Under the pieces are notes generated by a model. That model made no database searches, had not been told where the DNA came from, and was given only the letters and a program-made list of their open reading frames with translations. Position numbers and translations under genes: made by a program. A stretch of 64,000 nt of DNA from a virus. Taxonomy: Duplodnaviria; Caudoviricetes. The DNA lies in the IMG/VR virus record IMGVR_UViG_3300028048_000072, positions 68,723 to 132,722 of that record. One strand, given 5' to 3'. This document shows, piece by piece, positions 10,264 to 19,604 of this stretch (its first letter is position 1; the number at the start of each line of letters is the position of its first letter).

Positions 10264-12399
10264 ATGAACGAAACAAATGTCAAGATAAAGAAAATCAAGA
10301 AAGTTATGAGTGAAACAAATTTTATTGGTGTCGATTTGAGTAAAGGTAGTGATGTAGGAACTTGTAATGGAAAAGTTACACCTAAAGTTGTAAAAAAAGT
10401 AAAGAAGATTGTAAAAGATGAATCTACCATGAAATCTGATGTTGTAGACAATTCTCCTTGCGATTTCAGTGATTTTGAAAGTGGTAAAGTTGAAGTATCT
10501 AGTTCTGCTAATGTGCCGACTGTGAAAAAGGTGAAGAAAGAAATTAAAAAAATTGTAAAAGATATTAAAGACGAAATATCTAATTCTACAGATGTAATTT
10601 CTTTTGTACGAGTCATTGACTTGAAAAGAGAAGATTATTCAGAATTTACTGAAGAAAAATATCCATACGGTTTGACCTTCCTAGATTTTGAGGTGTTCAA
10701 GTATGATTGGTTGGTAGTTTTGATAGATGTTATTGAATTAAAAGAAACTATAATTGTAAACGATAGAAAAGCGTTGTTGAAGTTCTATATGTCTCATCGT
10801 AACAAATTACACGCTTCATATAACGGTCGCTCTTACGATTCTACAATATATAAAGGAATTATTCTTGGTATGAATCCTAAAGAATTGAATGATAAATTGA
10901 TTGTAGAAAGATTAAAACCTTTTCAAATTAGTAATAAATTTAAAGAAGTTGAATTATTAAATTATGATATAATGACTAAAATAGAATCATTAAAGGTTCT
11001 TGAAGCGTACCTACAAGATTCTATATATGAATCAAAAATTTCTTTTGACATTGATAGACCTCTTACAATGGATGAACTTGAGGAAACGATTCGCTACTGC
11101 CATAACGATGTTGTGGAATGTAAAAAAGTTTTTCTTTTAAGACACGATGATTTTGAAGTTAGTATGGGTGTAATTGAAATGTTTAATTTACCTATATCAA
11201 ATATAAATCTTACAAATGCACAATTGACTGCTAAAGTTTTGGAATGTGAAAGACCAAAAGAAGATAGAAAAGATGAATTTAATTTGTGGGTAGTTGATAC
11301 AGTAAAACTTGAAAAATATAAAGACGTTATCGATTGGTTTATGAATCCTGCAAATCATGATTATAGTAAATTTTATGTTCGTGATGTTTGTGGTATGAAA
11401 CATAAATTTGGTTGGGGTGGATTACATTCTGTGAATGATGAACCGATGATTATCAACGAACATGTACAAGATTGGGATGTGGCTAGTCTTTATCCCTCAC
11501 TTGATATTCGATACGAGTTGCTAACTAGAAATTGTAAACATCCTGAAAAATTTAAATTTATTTATGACGAACGCATTCGATTAAAGAAAGCAAAAGACCC
11601 TAAGAACAAATGTTTGAAGTTGATTTTAAATTCAACTTATGGAATTTGTAAAGATAAAAACAGTTCTGCTTACGACCCTTTGATGTCAAACATGACTTGT
11701 CTTACAGGACAACTTTTAATTCTTATGTTAATTGAATGGATTGAACCTTATGTAAAAATATGGGTTCAAACCAATACGGACGGAATCCAGTTTGTTGCTA
11801 AAGATGGTTGTCAAGAAAAGATAGAAAGTTTAATTCACAAATGGGAAGGTGTATCAGGTATGAATATGGAAGTCGAAAATATTTTGAAAACTTACCAATC
11901 GAACGTCAACAATTATACCTTCCAACTAGATGATGGGTCGTTTAAAAGAAAAGGAGCATATCTTAAAAAAGCAACTCCACTAGACGCTGATTTACCAATT
12001 GTCAATGAAGCAATGTTTAATTTCTTAGCATATGGAAAAAAAATTGAAGATACTATAAATGAATGTAATGATTTATACATGTTTCAGAAAGTGTATAAAA
12101 TTTCATCAAACTACAAATATGGTTATCATAATGGCAAAGAAATTAACGAAAAGGTGTATCGTATTTTTGCTTCTAATGATTTGAAAGATACATGGTTAGG
12201 AAAACAGAAAGAAAAAGGGGGAACGATTGAAAAATTTGCAAATTGTCCAAATAACTGTTTTCTTGAATTGGGAGATATACATGGTAAAAAATGTTCAGAA
12301 TATCCTATGTTGAATAAACAATGGTATATTGATTTAGCACAAGATAGAATTGAAAAAGGTTATCATTTGGATTGTAAACCAAGTATTTTTGATTTTTAA
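10264..12399 (+). CDS. family B DNA polymerase with 3'-5' exonuclease and Lys-rich N-terminal extension
   Basis: Exo motifs DFE, YNGRSYD, YCHND; Pol motifs DVASLYPS, KLILNSTYG, NTDG. Confidence 0.9.
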   Translation: MNETNVKIKKIKKVMSETNFIGVDLSKGSDVGTCNGKVTPKVVKKVKKIVKDESTMKSDVVDNSPCDFSDFESGKVEVSSSANVPTVKKVKKEIKKIVKDIKDEISNSTDVISFVRVIDLKREDYSEFTEEKYPYGLTFLDFEVFKYDWLVVLIDVIELKETIIVNDRKALLKFYMSHRNKLHASYNGRSYDSTIYKGIILGMNPKELNDKLIVERLKPFQISNKFKEVELLNYDIMTKIESLKVLEAYLQDSIYESKISFDIDRPLTMDELEETIRYCHNDVVECKKVFLLRHDDFEVSMGVIEMFNLPISNINLTNAQLTAKVLECERPKEDRKDEFNLWVVDTVKLEKYKDVIDWFMNPANHDYSKFYVRDVCGMKHKFGWGGLHSVNDEPMIINEHVQDWDVASLYPSLDIRYELLTRNCKHPEKFKFIYDERIRLKKAKDPKNKCLKLILNSTYGICKDKNSSAYDPLMSNMTCLTGQLLILMLIEWIEPYVKIWVQTNTDGIQFVAKDGCQEKIESLIHKWEGVSGMNMEVENILKTYQSNVNNYTFQLDDGSFKRKGAYLKKATPLDADLPIVNEAMFNFLAYGKKIEDTINECNDLYMFQKVYKISSNYKYGYHNGKEINEKVYRIFASNDLKDTWLGKQKEKGGTIEKFANCPNNCFLELGDIHGKKCSEYPMLNKQWYIDLAQDRIEKGYHLDCKPSIFDF

Positions 12400-12422
12400 C
12401 AAATTAACTATTTTAGTAATTG

Positions 12423-12502
12423 AACGATTACAGATAGGTGTGCGAAACCTTAGAAAGTAAAGAAATCGACTCCTTTTACTTTCATATCTGCAATCGTTTT
12501 TT
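12423..12502 (+). ncRNA. putative three-way-junction small RNA antisense to the 5' UTR of the downstream endonuclease gene
   Basis: P1 12423-12436/12485-12498; loops GTGCGAA (12440-12446) and TCGACTCCT (12466-12474); T-tract; TAACTAT at 12405. Confidence 0.65.
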
Positions 12503-12588
12503 ATTTAATTATTTTATTTATAAATATTAACTATTTATTATGTGTTATTCGCACTAGCACAAAAAATTATTTCTATAGGAGTCGAATT

Positions 12589-13734
12589 ATGACAAAAGAA
12601 GAAGCAACTCAAAAATATTATAATTTAGTGGAATTATGTAAAATTGAAGATGTTGATTGTGAAAAATACAACATGCATCATATCGAACCAATTTTTACAT
12701 TGAAAGAAAAATACAATGTAAAACGAACTAAGGAAATTAGATATAATAAGAATATTGATTTTGGTGAAGAAATAAAATGTTCAATTCCGCATCACATAAT
12801 GTTACATTTTTATTTATGTTTTATGTTTGATAGAGGAACGACATTATATAAAAGTGCAAAATCTTCATTTTGGTTCATTACTAATAAAACATTAACGCAA
12901 AGTATAGAATCTTTAACAGAAGATGATGTTAAAAATATAGGTAAATATTGTGAAGAGTTGAAGAAAACTAATTGGACGGATGAAGATAAGAAAAATTATA
13001 GAAAAACTAATAAACGAATAGAAGCCGACAGAGAATATAGAAGAAAAAACAAAGAAAGATTAGCAAAACAACATAGCGAATATTATAAAGAACATAAAGA
13101 AGAAAGAATGGAATATTATGAAGAATGGAGAAGTAAAAATGAACCTAGATTGAGGGAATATAGAAAAGAAAGAAATCAAATAATAAGAAATCGCTTGTGT
13201 GTAGACCCAAGATGTATTATTAGTAATAAAATAAAATCAAAAATAACAAATTGGAGAAATTTGTCTAGTTGGATGGATAAAAATCCTCAAAATGAATTAG
13301 TAAAAGAATTTAAATCATCTAATGATTTTGCTGATTATTATCTTATTAAAGATGAAAATAACAATTATATATACGATATTGAATTAGCGGAATCTATCTT
13401 AAAAACAACGACAAATAAAAAATTTTCAAATATATTAAATTTTAAAATACAAGGAGTTAAAAATCCTAAAGATAGTAATGTTCGTTTATGTATAGACCCC
13501 AGATTTGGAAAAACGATAATTATATCTAAATACAAAAGTATAAATTGGAATTCAGAAATTACAGAATGGAGAAATTTGTATAATTGGTGTAAACGTAATT
13601 CTGATAATGAACTGATTGAAAATTTAAAACCCAATGAATTTGCAAACAAATATTTAATAATTGATTCAGAAGGAAATTACATTTATGATGAAGAAACAGC
13701 ATTAAAAATTATTAATAAAGAAAATAATGATTGA
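12589..13734 (+). CDS. free-standing HNH-like endonuclease with duplicated C-terminal domain
   Basis: HHIEP...HIMLH; charged helical repeat region; two RLCxDPR...WRNL...YLI repeats. Confidence 0.65.
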   Translation: MTKEEATQKYYNLVELCKIEDVDCEKYNMHHIEPIFTLKEKYNVKRTKEIRYNKNIDFGEEIKCSIPHHIMLHFYLCFMFDRGTTLYKSAKSSFWFITNKTLTQSIESLTEDDVKNIGKYCEELKKTNWTDEDKKNYRKTNKRIEADREYRRKNKERLAKQHSEYYKEHKEERMEYYEEWRSKNEPRLREYRKERNQIIRNRLCVDPRCIISNKIKSKITNWRNLSSWMDKNPQNELVKEFKSSNDFADYYLIKDENNNYIYDIELAESILKTTTNKKFSNILNFKIQGVKNPKDSNVRLCIDPRFGKTIIISKYKSINWNSEITEWRNLYNWCKRNSDNELIENLKPNEFANKYLIIDSEGNYIYDEETALKIINKENND

Positions 13735-13794
13735 TTTTATCCTAAAAATATTATACAATCTTTCTTATTACAAGAAAATAAGTGGGAAAATTGC

Positions 13795-15201
13795 ATGAAA
13801 GATGAAACTTTAAAAATTTCTATTTTGGAAAAACAGATTATTAAAAGTTGGTTGAATGACCCGTCTTTAATGATTGAGGATGACATTTTTTGTTCTGAAA
13901 CTGCAAAAGAATTACAGTTTATTTTATTAAATCTTAGGGATGAAAATAAAGATTTTACAGAAGAACACATTTTGTCTGAAAGTGTGGAATATGTAAATAA
14001 AGATACTTTAGATTCCATAAATGAAGTAAATTATCAAGAAGATAAAATAGAAGATTATGTTCAGAATTTAAGAAAAAAGAATATTTTGTTTTCATTTAAA
14101 AATGAACTTCTTCACGAAATAAATTCTGATGATAGTGATTTTGAAAAAGTAATTTCACTTCAATCATCCTTAGATGAAGCAATCAGTAAAATTGAAAATC
14201 CAAAAGAAGATGAAGGAATGTCTTTTAGTGATATGATTGACACTCATATCGAAACATTAAAAGACAGAAAAAACAATGTAAGTGTAAGTACGGGCGATTA
14301 TTTGTTAGACAGACTTGCAAAACCTACGGCAGGGATATGGACTATACTTGGGTATAGTGGTTCATGTAAATCAACTTTTGTTGCTACACAATTAAAGGCT
14401 AGAATTTCAAAAAGATTACCTACAGTTTATTTTAATACAGAACTTTCACAAGAAGGTGTAATGGATGGTTTGTTGTCATCTTTAATTAAAGAAACATATT
14501 ATGATATTCAAGGTATGTATAATGATGATGAACATATTGATTTTGATACAATTATTGAAAAATGTAAGTATTTGGCAGAACATTCTGATAAATCAAAATT
14601 CGCATATTTTCCAAATTCTACAGTAAGTGTAAATGATATTAAAAGATTTTCTCTTATTCAAAGAAAGAAAATGGGATTAAAGAAAAATGAATTATTGTTT
14701 GTATATGTAGACCTTTTATCTATGGTAAAAGAATTTCAAGAAAATACTAGAGGTTCTAACCGTTCAGATGTCATTTTACAAGCATTGAATAAATTGAATG
14801 ATATTGCTTTAGCAAACAATTTATTGATTATTGGTACTGTACAAGCGAAACGTATGCCAACGGGAATTAAGATTAATAAAGAAGAAGATATTATGAAATT
14901 TCAATTGGATGCTAGTGCGATTAGGGATTCAGGTGGATATGAAGAAAGAAGTCGTTGTATTTTTAGTATTTTTAATCCTTACAATATTGTTCGCAAAAAC
15001 CCATGTAGTGAAGTTATTAAAGCAATAACAGAACCAATAATTTATGTTAAAACTCTAAAAAATACATATGGCGAAGTTGGAAAAGAAGTATATTATTATT
15101 TCGATGCAGATTATAAAAATCTTTATCCTTATGAAGGTGAATTACCTAACTATAGTTTAGATGAAGAAGATGAAACGGAGAATGTAGAAAATGACGATTG
15201 A
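13795..15201 (+). CDS. DnaB-like replicative helicase
   Basis: Walker A GYSGSCKST, FNTE, YVDLL, TVQ, IRDSG motifs. Confidence 0.82.
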   Translation: MKDETLKISILEKQIIKSWLNDPSLMIEDDIFCSETAKELQFILLNLRDENKDFTEEHILSESVEYVNKDTLDSINEVNYQEDKIEDYVQNLRKKNILFSFKNELLHEINSDDSDFEKVISLQSSLDEAISKIENPKEDEGMSFSDMIDTHIETLKDRKNNVSVSTGDYLLDRLAKPTAGIWTILGYSGSCKSTFVATQLKARISKRLPTVYFNTELSQEGVMDGLLSSLIKETYYDIQGMYNDDEHIDFDTIIEKCKYLAEHSDKSKFAYFPNSTVSVNDIKRFSLIQRKKMGLKKNELLFVYVDLLSMVKEFQENTRGSNRSDVILQALNKLNDIALANNLLIIGTVQAKRMPTGIKINKEEDIMKFQLDASAIRDSGGYEERSRCIFSIFNPYNIVRKNPCSEVIKAITEPIIYVKTLKNTYGEVGKEVYYYFDADYKNLYPYEGELPNYSLDEEDETENVENDD

Positions 15202-15514
15202 AAAGTTTATTAAAAAATTACAGTCTTATAAAAATCAAGATTGTTATGAAAAATGGATTTATTGTGAAAACTCTAAAATAATATATACAATTGAAGCATT
15301 TAATATTTTAAATAATACTTGTTTTATTTGGTTGAATGATTCTGATGATTGTAAAACAAATTATACACCTAAATCATTAGTTAGAGATTTATCACCTTAT
15401 ACAAAATGGCAGAAAGATTTTATTATTGAATTTGTAGATGATGAAAGAAATGAAGTTTATACTGAAAATTCATTCTATACAGAATTTGATAATTTATATA
15501 TTAATATGAGATAG
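15191..15514 (+). CDS. hypothetical protein
   Basis: ORF overlapping helicase stop. Confidence 0.55.
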   Translation: MTIEKFIKKLQSYKNQDCYEKWIYCENSKIIYTIEAFNILNNTCFIWLNDSDDCKTNYTPKSLVRDLSPYTKWQKDFIIEFVDDERNEVYTENSFYTEFDNLYINMR

Positions 15515-15525
15515 GAAATTAAAAA

Positions 15526-16295
15526 ATGAGTATAGAATTAATTAAAGGTGATTGTCTTAAAGAAATGAAAAATATTAAAGATGAATCTGTGCAACTTATT
15601 CTTACAGATTTACCTTATGGTACTACACCTTTAGAATTTGATAAAGAGATAATTCCTTTTGAACCTTTATGGAAAGAATATAAAAGAATTATTAAGAAAA
15701 ATGGTGCTATTGTATTATTTGCTCAACAACCTTTTACAAGTAAATTAATCATGTCTAATTTAGATATGTATAAATATAATTGGATATGGGTAAAAGATAA
15801 TGCAACAAATTTCTTGAATAAACGTTATCAATGTGGAAAGATTACGGAAGATATTTGTGTATTTGGAAAAGGTGCATGTTCTTTTACTAAGAATGGTATT
15901 AATATGAAATATAATCCACAAATGGAAGTTGGAAAACCGTATAAAACTACTAATAATGTGTTTAGAAGAAAGTGTGCGGTCGTGAGGGGGGGATTAGAAA
16001 TGTCGATACAATAAATAATGGTGAAAGATTGCCAAATAATTTATTGTATTTTTCACATGATACAGATGAAAGATTGCATCCTACACAAAAGCCTTTAGAT
16101 TTAATTAGATATTTGATTAAGACTTATACTGATGAAAATGATTTGGTTTTAGATTCGTGCATGGGAAGTGGAACTACTGCTATAGGATGTTTTGCAGAAA
16201 AGAGAAATTTTATCGGATATGAAATTGATGATAATTATTTTGAAATTGCAAAGAAAAGATATGAAAAAGTAAGTACAAGTATATTTGATATGTAA
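15526..16295 (+). pseudogene. beta-class DNA methyltransferase split by a frameshift in a G7 tract (possibly phase-variable)
   Basis: DLPY in 15526..16014; HPTQKP and DSCMGSG in 15972..16295; G7 at 15986-15992, and G8 restores the frame. Confidence 0.85.
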
Positions 16296-16338
16296 TTGTA
16301 TTTGTGATATAATTTCTGTTAGTTGGAGGATTACTACT

Positions 16339-16749
16339 TTGAAATTAATAAAACAAGAAAAAGAAATGTTGGAAAATCTTAGAAACATAAGCGGTGAAAA
16401 TCAAGAAAGAATCGCTAATGTATTGAAAGCCTTGTCTTTATCTACACTTATGAATTATGCAGATGATGAACACAATATTTTTATTCCATATTTTGGATGC
16501 TTACATATTGTTTATAAAGGTGATATTATTGTAGATAATAAACGTGAAGCAGATTTGGATATTCAGTTTTTTCCTAGTTCATATCTTAAATTAAATATTG
16601 GTGAAATTGAAGATATTAAAAAGAATGGAAATACTATTGATATTATGAAAATTCCAATTATCAATGAAATATCAAAAGATATTGAAAACGGTCTTAGAAA
16701 TATAATTGATGGTACTACAGATTTAAATGATGAAGAAAACAACGGGTAA
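16339..16749 (+). CDS. HU/IHF-like DNA-binding protein (divergent)
   Basis: IPYFGCL...FFPSSYLK resembles HU GFGxF...FxP motifs; GGAGG RBS before TTG 16339. Confidence 0.45.
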   Translation: MKLIKQEKEMLENLRNISGENQERIANVLKALSLSTLMNYADDEHNIFIPYFGCLHIVYKGDIIVDNKREADLDIQFFPSSYLKLNIGEIEDIKKNGNTIDIMKIPIINEISKDIENGLRNIIDGTTDLNDEENNG

Positions 16750-17503
16750 ATATATGGAATTAAATTTTATTGAAGATTTTAAACCTTGTGGAAAATGTAA
16801 TAAAGGTTTTACAATTTTTGAAGGTCGTGTAAAACCTTGTTCATGTTGGTTAAATTATAAAAATAAAATTAAACTTTTTGGAAAATATTTGGATTCAAAT
16901 CTTTTACAGAAAGAATCAACTTCAAGTAATGCAGAAGAACTCATTAATTATACTTTGTGTAATTATAAAGGAAATGATGAAAATAAAAATCTTCCAAAAT
17001 TGCAGAAGTTTATTGAAAAGTTTGATGAAAAGTTTAATACAATTTCATTATTTTTCTATGGTGAAATGGGAACACAAAAAACTCATATTGCTAAATGGAT
17101 TTTAACTTCTTTAATAAGTAAAGGTAAATCAACTTATTATATCTCTAGTAAAGATATAATTGATTTGATTATGAAAAGTGAAAGAGATGAAGAAAGTCAA
17201 AATCTTGTAGATTATATTACAAAAGTTGATTGTTTAGTATTGGATGAATTTACAAGATTGAATTACTTTTCTACAGATTATAAACAGAAAGTTTTATATT
17301 CATGGCTTAAAACAAGATTGGAATCTGTTCATAAATCTACAATTATTATTGATAATATAAAAGTAGATGAAATTAAAAATTCTCCTATGGGTGAAAATAT
17401 TGGTCAATTAATTGAAAGAAATACAAAAGAATGTGTATTTGAATTTAAAGATAATTATTACTCTAATGGTGGTGGAGTTGATTTGAAAGGATTGTGGGAT
17501 TAG
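16727..17503 (+). CDS. DnaC/IstB-like AAA+ ATPase (helicase loader)
   Basis: CxxC...CxC N-terminus, GEMGTQKT Walker A, LVLDE Walker B. Confidence 0.75.
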   Translation: MMKKTTGKYMELNFIEDFKPCGKCNKGFTIFEGRVKPCSCWLNYKNKIKLFGKYLDSNLLQKESTSSNAEELINYTLCNYKGNDENKNLPKLQKFIEKFDEKFNTISLFFYGEMGTQKTHIAKWILTSLISKGKSTYYISSKDIIDLIMKSERDEESQNLVDYITKVDCLVLDEFTRLNYFSTDYKQKVLYSWLKTRLESVHKSTIIIDNIKVDEIKNSPMGENIGQLIERNTKECVFEFKDNYYSNGGGVDLKGLWD

Positions 17504-17506
17504 ATT

Positions 17507-18247
17507 ATGAGTAAAGTTGAATTGTATAATGAAGATTGCTTGGAAGTAATGGAGGGGGTGGCAGATAAATCGGTAGACATGATTTTATGTGATTTACCTT
17601 ATAATGTTACTGCTTGCGAATGGGATATATTAATACCTTTTGATAAATTATGGGGGCAATATAATAGAATTATAAAAGACAATGGTGCGATTGTATTATT
17701 TGGTACAGAACCGTTCTCTACACAATTAAAAATGAGTAATCTGAAACATTATAAATATGATTGGATTTGGAATAAAGTTCGTGGTGTAGGATTTCAAATT
17801 GCAAAATATAGACCAATGCAACAACATGAATATATTTCTGTATTTTGCAACGGTAAATTAAATTATTATCCTATTATGGAAAAAAGAGATAAAGTGAAAA
17901 AATCTAAAAATTATGGTAATTCTAAAGTTTGCAGATTACAAAGTAATGATATGAAAGAAAGAATTTATACAGAAAAATATCCAACTTCAATTTTAACTTA
18001 TTCTAATGCTTCTCAAAAAGGTAGATTGCATCCAAGTCAAAAACCTACAAATTTATTAGAATATCTTATAAAGACTTATACAAAAGAAAACGAAACAGTT
18101 TTGGACAATTGTATGGGAAGTGGAAGTACAGGTGTCGCTTGTATTAATACAAATCGCAATTTCATCGGCATTGAAAAAGACGACAAGTATTTCAAGATTG
18201 CGGAAGATAGGATAAACAAAGCGAAAGAAAGTATTTTTGATATGTAA
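17507..18247 (+). CDS. orphan DNA methyltransferase, N6/N4 beta class
   Basis: DLPY, HPSQKP, LDNCMGSGST; paralog of 8554..9318. Confidence 0.93.
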   Translation: MSKVELYNEDCLEVMEGVADKSVDMILCDLPYNVTACEWDILIPFDKLWGQYNRIIKDNGAIVLFGTEPFSTQLKMSNLKHYKYDWIWNKVRGVGFQIAKYRPMQQHEYISVFCNGKLNYYPIMEKRDKVKKSKNYGNSKVCRLQSNDMKERIYTEKYPTSILTYSNASQKGRLHPSQKPTNLLEYLIKTYTKENETVLDNCMGSGSTGVACINTNRNFIGIEKDDKYFKIAEDRINKAKESIFDM

Positions 18248-18353
18248 AAATTTTCAGTTTAGAATTGAAAATAATGGTGAATATTTATTGGATAAAACTG
18301 ACGATATTTTCAATTAATCATCTAACTATATTTTAATGTATGGAGATTTTATT

Positions 18354-18707
18354 ATGACAAAAATGCAGAAGAAATTTAATGAATATATTGTTGCTAGTGC
18401 AGAATTAGTAAAACACTTGAATGAATCAGATTATGATGTAGATAATTTTGATGAAGAAACAGATAGATTGAATGATGTTATAGATGATATGGGTGCAGAA
18501 TTAGGTGGTGAAACAGATGATTTTACAATCTATAATGATAAAAGTGGAGATACTACAATTGATAATCTTTATCTTGATGATTATATCAAATCAGTAATGG
18601 GTAAAGATTATTTTTATGATAAACGATGTTGGGAATATCTATATGACATTGTAAAAGAAATGTTGGAAGATATGCCTATTGCAGATGAAAATGTAATTTA
18701 TGAATAA
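18354..18707 (+). CDS. highly acidic hypothetical protein
   Basis: GGAG RBS; TAACTAT at 18323; N-terminus MTKMQKKFNE. Confidence 0.65.
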   Translation: MTKMQKKFNEYIVASAELVKHLNESDYDVDNFDEETDRLNDVIDDMGAELGGETDDFTIYNDKSGDTTIDNLYLDDYIKSVMGKDYFYDKRCWEYLYDIVKEMLEDMPIADENVIYE

Positions 18708-18786
18708 TTTTTCACTTAACATAAAATACCATTTGTGATATACTTTTGAATATAAATACTTGATGTTGTAAAGGGGAATATGAATT

Positions 18787-19110
18787 ATGACAGTAAAGGT
18801 TACATTTAATGACTTTGTATTGGTAAATTACAAAGAAAGAGAGTTGGAAGTTCATTGTATCGCAAATGGATATGATACACATGAAAATGAAGTTTTGTAT
18901 TTTGCAGATGGAAGTGGACAACCCGCTTATGATGAATTTGAAGTAGATGACTTTGAAATCACAAAAGTAATTGAAAATGGTAAAGAAATAACTGATTACG
19001 ATAAGGATGAACTTGAAGAACTTGTTTATGATGCTTTGTATGAAGAATCAGAAAATGGTTCTGAAAAATGGGTCTATCCTGAAGTAGATGATTATTACGA
19101 TTTTGATTAA
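18787..19110 (+). CDS. highly acidic hypothetical protein
   Basis: own sigma70-like promoter, AAGGGG RBS and downstream hairpin. Confidence 0.65.
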   Translation: MTVKVTFNDFVLVNYKERELEVHCIANGYDTHENEVLYFADGSGQPAYDEFEVDDFEITKVIENGKEITDYDKDELEELVYDALYEESENGSEKWVYPEVDDYYDFD

Positions 19111-19294
19111 TTAAAATTAGAACACCTATTCTAAAAATGATTAGGTGTTCTTTTATTAAAATGGAGTGATTAATGATAGACAAAGATATTTTGATAAATG
19201 ATATTTTTCATACCATCTTTGTCTTTATTCACTATTATATTAGGCTTTATAGGAATGTTGATATTCATTATAAAACTTTTAGGAGGATTTTAAT

Positions 19295-19585
19295 ATGATA
19301 ATGGTTTCTACAATGCTTTTAGTTGGATTACTTCTTTATTGTGTAATTTCAACGATTGGTATAATTTTAATGTATAAAATGAATTTTGATTTGGAAAATG
19401 AACTTTGTGATGAAAAGGAAATTAATTTTGAAATTAAATCAAGATTTGTTAGATGCAATACTTGTACAAAAGAAATGAAAGATAAATGCCTTATGTGGTC
19501 TGAAAATCTTTGTGAAGGTGAAAGATGTAATGAACTTATCGATATTCAATCTTTAATGAATAAAGATAATTTGGTAATTCATTAA
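19295..19585 (+). CDS. membrane protein with Cys-rich C-terminus
   Basis: N-terminal hydrophobic helix; CxxC. Confidence 0.55.
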   Translation: MIMVSTMLLVGLLLYCVISTIGIILMYKMNFDLENELCDEKEINFEIKSRFVRCNTCTKEMKDKCLMWSENLCEGERCNELIDIQSLMNKDNLVIH

Positions 19586-19604
19586 TTAATAGGAAATAAG
19601 AAAA

